In this document: one piece after another, positions 8,936 through 15,673 of the stretch | Position numbering within the stretch: the stretch's first letter is position 1 | How the letters are laid out: each line of letters starts with the position of its first letter | Assembly (NCBI GenBank): GCA_011522825.1 | Contig: WTIG01000044.1 | Coordinates: forward strand, 1-31,571 | Direction of reading: 5' to 3' | Source of the DNA: Puniceicoccaceae bacterium | GTDB lineage: Bacteria > Verrucomicrobiota > Verrucomicrobiia > Opitutales > Coraliomargaritaceae | Length of the DNA stretch: 31,571 bases | Position numbers and translations under genes: made by a program | The notes under the pieces: model-generated | The model's input: the letters and a program-made list of their open reading frames with translations, nothing else | The model's database searches: none | Told to the model about the DNA's origin: nothing

Positions 8936-10555
8936 TTAATCCTTAGCGGATAGGGAAATAAATTGATACGGGTGATAGTCGAGAATGTTTGAGTGCCATC
9001 CGTCCACAGAGCGATCAATGAGGAGACTTCGGACATAGAAATAAATAGGGATAAAAGGCATCGCTTCAATTAAGCGATCTTCGGCTTTTTGAAACAGCTC
9101 GAAGCGTTGACCGCTCTCCAAGGTTTGCGTGGTTTCGTAAAGCAATTGATCAAATTCAAGGTCCTTCCATCCACTATGATTATTGCCTGAGTCGGATATA
9201 CCGAGTCCGAGGAAAGTATAAGGGTCTAGGTAATCCCCGATCCACGCTGCTCGTGCGATATCAAACTCGCCTTTTTGTCGGGAGTCTAAATAGACCTTCC
9301 ATTCTTGATTGTGTAAGCGAATGGTGATTCCCAGTTCTTGCTTCCACATTTGTTGTATGGCTTCGGCAACAATTTTATGGGACTCAGAAGTATTATAGAG
9401 TAATTCAATCTCAGGAAAATTTTCGCCATTTGGAAACCCTGCTTCGGTGAGCAATGTGCGTGCTTTATCGGGATCGTAAGTGAAACTTTGCTCGGCGGTA
9501 AAGCCTCCTGTATTCGGAGGCGTGAAATGATAGGCCGGCTTTTGTCCTCCCTTTAAGACATAGTTGACTAAGCTTTCACGGTTGATCGCATAGGCTAAAG
9601 CTTGACGCACACGCTTGTCTGAGAGCGGTGCTTTTTCTGTATTCACCAAATAATAATAAACGCCTAGATAAGGATCGAAGCGGATGTTTTCAGGGCGATT
9701 GGCTCGATACCAATCAATGCGAGCTGTCGGCACACCCGATGTGATGTGTACTTGTCCTGCACGGAAAGCACGTTCTTCCGTTTCTAAATTAATCGGCAAA
9801 AATTCTATGCCATTCAGTTTCACACTGTCAGCTTCTCGATAATGAGAATTTCTCACGACACGAATACCATTATTTAAACGCCATGATTTTAATGCGAATG
9901 GACCATTACCAACGAAATGTTTTGGTTGTGTCCACTTGGAGATACGATCCACCATCGAACCATGCTTAAGGATAGTCGGAGGATGAACCGGCCACCAAGT
10001 GAAATGGGTCGGCAAAGAAAGAAAATAAGGAGTCACCGAGTGTAATTCTATTTCCAAAGTCTGTGCATCAATGGCTTTGACTCCAACGGTAGAAAAAGAA
10101 TCCGTCTGTCCTTTATGAAAGGCCTCTGCACCCTTGATCGGATAAAGCATATAGGCATAGGGTGCGCCCAGCTTTGGCGAAAGAATGCGTTGATAAGAAA
10201 AGGCGAAATCATGAGCCGTTACAGGATCACCATTGGACCAATGTGCCTCTGAATCCAAGTGAAAAGTGTAGGTTAAACCCTCTTCAGAAAGGGTCCAAGA
10301 TTCAGCCACGCCTGGAAGGATTTCAAGTGTCTTTGGGTCAACAGTCGTCAAGCCTTCAAAGAGTGAGAGGAGGACATAATGTTCGGTCACACCAGAGACC
10401 AAATGGGGATCAAGCCCTTCAGGTTCTGCACCGATTCCAATATAAAGCACCTGCTCGGAAATTCCTCGTTCAACATTCGTTTGCGCCGGAGTACAAGCCA
10501 TGCTTAAAAAAAGACTGATAAGCAATGGAATGATGAGGGTGAAAGAGAATTTCAT
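8936..10555 (-). CDS. oppA: Oligopeptide-binding protein, OppA-type, probable lipoprotein
   Basis: Signal ending MAC, EPEGLDP, LFEGL, PGVAESW, WSNGDPVTAHDF, GNGPF, RVRQALAYAINR, RAAWIGDYLDP; 539 aa. Confidence 0.93.
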   Translation of the reverse strand: MKFSFTLIIPLLISLFLSMACTPAQTNVERGISEQVLYIGIGAEPEGLDPHLVSGVTEHYVLLSLFEGLTTVDPKTLEILPGVAESWTLSEEGLTYTFHLDSEAHWSNGDPVTAHDFAFSYQRILSPKLGAPYAYMLYPIKGAEAFHKGQTDSFSTVGVKAIDAQTLEIELHSVTPYFLSLPTHFTWWPVHPPTILKHGSMVDRISKWTQPKHFVGNGPFALKSWRLNNGIRVVRNSHYREADSVKLNGIEFLPINLETEERAFRAGQVHITSGVPTARIDWYRANRPENIRFDPYLGVYYYLVNTEKAPLSDKRVRQALAYAINRESLVNYVLKGGQKPAYHFTPPNTGGFTAEQSFTYDPDKARTLLTEAGFPNGENFPEIELLYNTSESHKIVAEAIQQMWKQELGITIRLHNQEWKVYLDSRQKGEFDIARAAWIGDYLDPYTFLGLGISDSGNNHSGWKDLEFDQLLYETTQTLESGQRFELFQKAEDRLIEAMPFIPIYFYVRSLLIDRSVDGWHSNILDYHPYQFISLSAKD

Positions 10556-10669
10556 GATTTTATGTGCTAGCTGATTTGATATAAATACTTCAGTTAGCCT
10601 GCAAGAGCATTTCCCGTAAAAGATGCTAAAAAATTATCCAAGACCTTTAAGAATCGCCAAGACAAATAC

Positions 10670-10708
10670 CTAAGAGAAATGTCTAAGAGAAATGTCTAAG
10701 AGAAAAGT
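10670..10708. repeat. 13-bp tandem repeat, 3 copies
   Basis: CTAAGAGAAATGT (10670-10682), CTAAGAGAAATGT (10683-10695) and CTAAGAGAAAAGT (10696-10708), preceded by an in-register degenerate unit CCAAGACAAATAC (10657-10669). Confidence 0.9.
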
Positions 10709-10734
10709 TGTCTCTTGATAAAGTCAGCATAATT

Positions 10735-10748
10735 TGTTTTGTAGAACA
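10735..10748. promoter_or_regulatory. Candidate LexA (SOS) box
   Basis: TGTTT-TGTA-GAACA, one mismatch to TGTTC-N4-GAACA; intergenic, 64 bp upstream of the 10813 ORF. Confidence 0.5.
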
Positions 10749-10812
10749 GTCTATATATTTTAAGCCATGCAGATGGATTAAATAGAGGCAACTGAGAGGA
10801 TTAAGAAAAGAA

Positions 10813-11586
10813 ATGAACAAAGGATTTGGCAAAGGCGGTCAGTCAAAAGAACTGAATTTACGTGCGATGGCACAAGAATTTATGGATGGACTGCAACGCC
10901 ATGCCGACATGCTAGCCTTTAATTTAGCCTCTAGAGAATCAGTCCAAGAAAAAGATTACAAAAAGCGTTCGGCTGCACCGCAAATCATGCCATCAGGCAA
11001 GCGTCATCAGAACTTTGAGCAAATGCAGGCCTATGCTCGGGACTTGTTAGTGCGTCAGGTGATTAACGACTGCTTAGGTCTCGCCGTCACCGCAATGAAC
11101 AACAGTCATTTCTTTTTCTCACTACTTAAAGAATCCAAAGGCTCGAATAAATTTGATGCAGGCATTCAAAAAATCGCTGAGCAGCGACATCACCACTTTT
11201 TAAATGCACCCATCGATGCAAAGTTCGATTTATTGAATCAAGATTATGGAGTTCGCTTAGAATCCCAAACAAGCATTCTTAATTTAGTCATCGCTCTAAA
11301 AGCACTCATTGAAAACAACGGTATCTTAAAAGCAGAAATGTTCCCAGAAGGGGTTAACCCCGTACTTGAAATCGACCTTAAGCGACTCGAATTAGAGAAA
11401 GCAAAAAACGAAGCTGGCCAGGCCATGGGTCGAATCGTCAATGATCGAAAAATATTTCGAGATGGAGAAGCCATTGTCTTCAGTGATTTAGAAATCCAAA
11501 GAACCCTTGTCAGTATCGCATCATTTGCTGATGCCTTATTTAAGTCGGTCGCTAATTACGCACAGAGCTTTAACAAAAAACCTTAA
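10813..11586 (+). CDS. Hypothetical protein, no family recognised
   Basis: 257-aa ORF with an ATG start and a purine-rich leader (GAGAGGA). It fills the space between the divergent oppA and co-oriented rlmH, and looks soluble and largely helical. Confidence 0.85.
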   Translation: MNKGFGKGGQSKELNLRAMAQEFMDGLQRHADMLAFNLASRESVQEKDYKKRSAAPQIMPSGKRHQNFEQMQAYARDLLVRQVINDCLGLAVTAMNNSHFFFSLLKESKGSNKFDAGIQKIAEQRHHHFLNAPIDAKFDLLNQDYGVRLESQTSILNLVIALKALIENNGILKAEMFPEGVNPVLEIDLKRLELEKAKNEAGQAMGRIVNDRKIFRDGEAIVFSDLEIQRTLVSIASFADALFKSVANYAQSFNKKP

Positions 11587-11608
11587 AGCATTTAAGCCTT
11601 AAAGCATT
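11581..11608. repeat. 12-bp direct repeat at a 16-bp period
   Basis: CCTTAAAGCATT at 11581-11592 and 11597-11608; the first copy includes the ORF stop codon. Confidence 0.75.
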
Positions 11609-11611
11609 CGC

Positions 11612-12055
11612 ATGTTTCACCTAACACTACTCACGGTAGGCAAATTAAAAAACGCTTCCATTAAAACGCTTGCCGATGACTATCAAAAGCGGCTCAAGCG
11701 GTATGGTCGTTTTGAGACCGTTGAATTTGCGGACGGCACTATCGAGAGTGAAGGGCAACGCATACTAGATTATTTAAACAAGCAAACGCAGGCGAAAATT
11801 TTTATCTTAGCCGAAGAAGGGCAGACCCTCAGTTCAGAAATCTTTGCTCAAGAACTTCAAGCTCTGCAAGGACGCCAAGCCATTTTTGTAATCGGTGGAG
11901 CCTTTGGACTTGATCCAGCGGTCAAAGCCAAAGCCCATACCTTGCTCTCATTATCGCCCATGACTTTTACCCATGAGCTCGCCCAGATGTTATTGTGTGA
12001 ACAAATTTACCGAGGCATTTCAATTTTGAATGGCAGTAAATACCACCACTCATAA
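11612..12055 (+). CDS. rlmH: 23S rRNA pseudouridine-1915 N3-methyltransferase
   Basis: VGKLK, DYQKRL, FVIGGAFGL, LSLSPMTFTHEL, EQIYR, GSKYHH; SPOUT family, 147 aa. Confidence 0.95.
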   Translation: MFHLTLLTVGKLKNASIKTLADDYQKRLKRYGRFETVEFADGTIESEGQRILDYLNKQTQAKIFILAEEGQTLSSEIFAQELQALQGRQAIFVIGGAFGLDPAVKAKAHTLLSLSPMTFTHELAQMLLCEQIYRGISILNGSKYHHS

Positions 12056-12150
12056 GCCATCAATTCCCCGCTCAGCGAAAAGTGATTTTTCCGCGTAATT
12101 TTCGATTGATCTTTAAAGCAAGCTCGTATTGTATCCTCTTTTCAAGCTTC

Positions 12151-12241
12151 GGAGACGTGACTGAGTGGCCGAAAGTACTTCTTTGCTAAAGAAGCGAACC
12201 TCAAAAGGGTTCCGAGGGTTCGAATCCCTCCGTCTCCGCCA
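12151..12241 (+). tRNA. tRNA-Ser (anticodon GCT)
   Basis: Acceptor stem GGAGACG/CGTCTCC, D-loop AGTGGCCGA, anticodon arm CTTCT-TTGCTAA-AGAAG, long variable arm GAACC..GGTTC, T-loop GTTCGAATC and encoded GCCA end. Confidence 0.97.
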
Positions 12242-12299
12242 CTTCGCAAAGCCCAACAAATACGTGTACTAGCTTACGCTTGTTTTTTGGTTTTTACGT

Positions 12300-13196
12300 T
12301 TAACTGTGAAAGTTAATATCGGCTTCTTTGAGCTTTTCAGACAGTGCGAGCATGAATTTGGACTGATTCATGATGTAGAGGTGGATGCCTGGTGCTCCTT
12401 GCTCGAGTAAGTCTTTCACTTGCTGAAAGGTCCAATCAACTCCAATTGCTTGGAGGGCTTGAGCATCGCCCTGTGCTGAGGCAAGGGCGGATTTGAGTGA
12501 ATCGGGTAGTTCGGCTTGGCAGAAATTACAAAAGCGTTCTACGCGTTCGAGATTTGTCGGTATCATCAAGCCAGGAATAATCGGGCAATCGATATTTGCG
12601 GATCGGCAATGGTCGACAAATCGAAAGTAATGCTCGTTGTTGTAGAATAGTTGTGTGGTGATGAAGTCAGCGCCAGCGTCACATTTTTTCTTTAGGTTGC
12701 GAATATCGCTTTCTTGAGAGGGGGCCTCTGGGTGTTTTTCTGGGTAGCCGCCTACACCGATTTCAAAGTTGGGAAATGTGGATTTTATAAAGGCTACGAG
12801 TTCATTGGCATATTGGAAGCCATCGGGATGGGGGGTGAAGGTTTGGCTATCGCCTTGCGGGTCCCCCCTGAGTGCCATGAGAGTTTTGAAGCCGGCATCT
12901 TGATATTGTTGGATGATTTCAGACAATTCATTTTTGGAGTGTCCGACACAGGTTAAATGGGGCATGACTTTATAGCCGTGGTCTGCCTTCAATTGTTCAG
13001 CGTAGGTGAAGGTGCTTTTGCGAGTGCTTCCACCTGCACCATAGGTGATTGAGACAAAATCGGGATCGAGCTTGGATAATTCGCTTGAGCTTGCTTGGAG
13101 CTGCTGAATGGCTTTTTCTGATTTGGGCGGAAAAAATTCAAGCGAGAAGGTCTTTTTTCCGGATGCTATGTATTGAATGATGGTTTGAGATTCCAT
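12300..13196 (-). CDS. metF: 5,10-methylenetetrahydrofolate reductase
   Basis: SLEFFPPK, DFVSITYGAGG, PHLTC, ALRGD, GGYPEKHPE, KKKCDAGADFITTQLF; 298 aa. Confidence 0.95.
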   Translation of the reverse strand: MESQTIIQYIASGKKTFSLEFFPPKSEKAIQQLQASSSELSKLDPDFVSITYGAGGSTRKSTFTYAEQLKADHGYKVMPHLTCVGHSKNELSEIIQQYQDAGFKTLMALRGDPQGDSQTFTPHPDGFQYANELVAFIKSTFPNFEIGVGGYPEKHPEAPSQESDIRNLKKKCDAGADFITTQLFYNNEHYFRFVDHCRSANIDCPIIPGLMIPTNLERVERFCNFCQAELPDSLKSALASAQGDAQALQAIGVDWTFQQVKDLLEQGAPGIHLYIMNQSKFMLALSEKLKEADINFHS

Positions 13197-13200
13197 AACG

Positions 13201-13226
13201 TATCAATGAATAGAGATATATTGATA
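13201..13226. promoter_or_regulatory. Inverted repeat directly upstream of metF, possible operator
   Basis: TATCAAT-N12-ATTGATA, 4 bp from the metF start codon. Confidence 0.3.
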
Positions 13227-13358
13227 TGTAAAGCCTTTATTGTCTGAGTGTCTCCTTAAGACCCTGTTCTCTTTGCTGATTAAATAGTTATGTGGAATTG
13301 GGTGTGTTTTACTTGCCTTAATTTAAAGGTAAAAATTGAGTAAAAAATGGAAAATGGC

Positions 13359-13401
13359 TTGACAAAGTGGGGCATTGTGGGGAGAAATGGTGAGTATTGG
13401 G
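13359..13401 (+). promoter_or_regulatory. dcw promoter with MraZ-binding direct repeats
   Basis: Perfect TTGACA at 13359-13364, then GTGGG (13367), GTGGG (13377), ATGGT (13387) and TTGGG (13397) at an exact 10-bp period, as known for MraZ operators. Confidence 0.85.
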
Positions 13402-13411
13402 TCATATAACT

Positions 13412-13885
13412 ATGGAAAAGCAAGAATCTACTTTATTTGTCGGGGAATTTCATCGAAGCATCGATGAAAAGGGCCGCTTGACGATTCCAGCAGGTTGGAG
13501 GCCCAAAAATGGGGGTAGTGGAAACGGAAATGATGCGCATTGTTTAGCGCTTCCAACTCCCGATGGTAATATCACCGTCTATCCTCCGAAGATGGTTGCT
13601 CAATTAGAAGCGAGGATTTCGCAAGTCAGTATTGGTGATATTGAGGGGCAAAAGGCGATCACAGAATTGATGTCAATGGCTCATAGTCTCAACTGTGATA
13701 GGCAGGGGCGAATTAATTTAAATGAGCGATTAATAGCCCACGCAAAAATCCAAAAGGATGTGGTGTTGGTCGGAAAACTTTCAACGTTTAGTTTATTTAG
13801 TGATGAAGGATACGAAAAATTTCAGTCTTCGTACACCGTGGATGAGGGTACGAAGGCTGCAGTTTTTCAACGATTTGGATTATAG
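13412..13885 (+). CDS. mraZ: Transcriptional regulator MraZ
   Basis: Two AbrB-like repeats, IDEKGRLTIPA and CDRQGRINL. ATG at 13412 is preferred over the TTG at 13397, which lies inside the operator. Confidence 0.93.
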   Translation: MEKQESTLFVGEFHRSIDEKGRLTIPAGWRPKNGGSGNGNDAHCLALPTPDGNITVYPPKMVAQLEARISQVSIGDIEGQKAITELMSMAHSLNCDRQGRINLNERLIAHAKIQKDVVLVGKLSTFSLFSDEGYEKFQSSYTVDEGTKAAVFQRFGL

Positions 13886-13897
13886 CGTATATTTAAA

Positions 13898-14089
13898 ATG
13901 AAATCGGTCATAAAACATATTGCACGAGAAAATTTTTTAAAATCGGGTTATATCTTTTTTTCCGAGCGTAGTCAGAGAATTCCCTGGCGAATTATTTCTC
14001 CATCACAAAGTCCTTTAGAATTATCCGATGCCATCGGAAATGCCTTAAGGAAAAAGCAAAACACTACTGGAGGCAGTTTTTATTTATAA
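13898..14089 (+). CDS. Possible small protein (63 aa) between mraZ and rsmH
   Basis: ATG 12 bp after the mraZ stop; it fills most of a 248-bp gap in a tightly packed operon. No family recognised. Confidence 0.4.
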   Translation: MKSVIKHIARENFLKSGYIFFSERSQRIPWRIISPSQSPLELSDAIGNALRKKQNTTGGSFYL

Positions 14090-14133
14090 TTTAAGTTCAA
14101 CCCTATTCGACTCTCAAAAAACTAAAATCTACA

Positions 14134-15105
14134 ATGTTACTCTCAATGGATGATACTTTAAGCGCGCAGGGTGCCAGTCAACATGTGCCTGTATTGCTTG
14201 AGGCCACTATGGAGTACTTGAAGCCCGAAGCGGGAGGACTTTTTCTTGATGGGACCTTTGGTGGCGGTGGGCATACACGGGCGATGTTGGATAGTTCTCC
14301 TGAGGTTTGTGTAGTGGCTATAGATCAAGATCCTGAGGCAGAAGAGCGGGCACTGGCCTTGAAAAAAGTCTATGGTGATCGCTTTCGTTTTTATTCGATG
14401 AATTTTGCTGATATCGGTCAATTAGAAGAGCGTCGCTTTGATGGGATTTTATTTGATTTTGGATTGTCTTCTTTTCAGCTCGATGAGGGTGAGCGAGGAT
14501 TCAGTTTTCGCTTTGATGCACCTTTGGATATGCGAATGAATAATCGGGAGGGTATCACTGCGAGCGAGTTTCTGGAAACAGCCAGTGAAGCTGATTTGAT
14601 TCGTGCGGTAAGAGATTATGGTGAAGAGCGCTCTTGGAGAAAGGTGGTTGCTGCAATACTGGACGCACGAGGAAAAGGCATTTTGGAGCGCACTCAATCG
14701 TTTGCTGAATTAGTTGAATCAGCTATTCCAAGGAGAGCTGGATTTAAAGAGCGTATACATCCAGCGACACGAACCTTTCAAGGGGTGCGTATTGCTATCA
14801 ATGATGAATTAAAGTCGATTGAGGCAGGTTTGGAAGAGGGGTTTCACCGATTGAAGGTTAATGGTATTATGGCGGCAATTAGCTTCCATTCGCTCGAGGA
14901 TCGTATCGTAAAACGTTTTTTTCGAAAATTATCTGGTCGCCCAGAGCATAGAAAGGATGACCGGCTTCAGGAAGAGCGCCAAGTATTAGGATCGATGATT
15001 GCGACAAAAGCGGTGAAGGCGGATGAAGAAGAGATTCGTGCAAATGCGCGAAGTCGTAGTGCTCGAATGCGTGGCATTAAAAAGTTAGTTGAGGAGGTGG
15101 CATGA
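14134..15105 (+). CDS. rsmH: 16S rRNA m4C1402 methyltransferase
   Basis: HVPVLL, DGTFGGGGH, DFGLSSFQLD..RGFSF, PLDMRM, HPATRTFQGVRIAIN, SFHSLEDRIVK, RSRSA. The start may be the ATG at 14146. Confidence 0.96.
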   Translation: MLLSMDDTLSAQGASQHVPVLLEATMEYLKPEAGGLFLDGTFGGGGHTRAMLDSSPEVCVVAIDQDPEAEERALALKKVYGDRFRFYSMNFADIGQLEERRFDGILFDFGLSSFQLDEGERGFSFRFDAPLDMRMNNREGITASEFLETASEADLIRAVRDYGEERSWRKVVAAILDARGKGILERTQSFAELVESAIPRRAGFKERIHPATRTFQGVRIAINDELKSIEAGLEEGFHRLKVNGIMAAISFHSLEDRIVKRFFRKLSGRPEHRKDDRLQEERQVLGSMIATKAVKADEEEIRANARSRSARMRGIKKLVEEVA

Positions 15106-15461
15106 TGGGTGGTTCAAATAAAGGTGCTATGCTTTTCAGTTTCAGTGTGATGGTTATTTGTCTTTTAACCGTTATTGGAGGCGGGTCTTTTTCTTTGCTT
15201 TGGATACAACATGAAGTTTCCAAAGTGGCTAAACAAACCGTACTTCTAGAGGAACGGCATCGAGAGATTTTGAGAAAACTAAATCATTTGGATGAGCGAA
15301 TTGCCAAAGCACATCAACCGATCTTTTTGCAGAGCAAGGTTTCAAACCGTTTAGTACCTATCATGGATAAGCAGATTGTTTGGGTAGAATCAACGGCTTC
15401 AGGAGCAGGCAGTGTTTATGTGAATGCTGAAAATAGCCAGAGCGAAGTTTTTAGAAATTAA
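15102..15461 (+). CDS. ftsL: FtsL-like cell division protein
   Basis: Position between rsmH and ftsI, ATGA overlap, GAGGAGG RBS, and short cytoplasmic N-terminus + one TM helix + heptad coiled coil. Sequence identity itself not recognised. Confidence 0.7.
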   Translation: MMGGSNKGAMLFSFSVMVICLLTVIGGGSFSLLWIQHEVSKVAKQTVLLEERHREILRKLNHLDERIAKAHQPIFLQSKVSNRLVPIMDKQIVWVESTASGAGSVYVNAENSQSEVFRN

Positions 15462-15466
15462 ATCCG

Positions 15467-15670
15467 ATGGATAGCATTACCAAAGTACGACAAGCGTGTT
15501 TTCAAACATTCAGTACGGTTTGGAAAGGGTTGAGTATTCGGGGGAAAGTGAATGGCTTGCGTAGTTGCTTTAAGGATGAATCCTTACTTCAGCCTTCAAG
15601 AACCACATTGAAGGGGCTTTTAAAATTAAAAAATCGCCAAGTATATAAAATGCACAATTTGTTTCATTAA
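15467..15670 (+). CDS. Possible small basic protein (67 aa) between ftsL and ftsI
   Basis: Starts 5 bp after the ftsL stop and ends 3 bp before the ftsI ATG. No family recognised and no RBS seen. Confidence 0.3.
   Translation: MDSITKVRQACFQTFSTVWKGLSIRGKVNGLRSCFKDESLLQPSRTTLKGLLKLKNRQVYKMHNLFH
15591..15621 (+). terminator. Terminator-like hairpin upstream of ftsI
   Basis: CCTTCAA-gaaccaca-TTGAAGG stem, extendable with a bulge, followed by only four T residues. Confidence 0.25.
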
Positions 15671-15673
15671 ATT

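Noticed and set aside
10657-10708. CRISPR or iteron interpretation of the tandem repeat
   Set aside because: Units are 13 bp with no spacers, and no cas or rep gene is nearby.
11612-12299. Genomic island at rlmH or tRNA-Ser, both known integration hotspots
   Set aside because: No integrase, no duplicated tRNA 3' end noticed, and metF follows after 58 bp.
13197-13358. SAM or SAH riboswitch upstream of metF
   Set aside because: No conserved riboswitch core or terminator recognisable on the - strand; an Rfam scan was not run.
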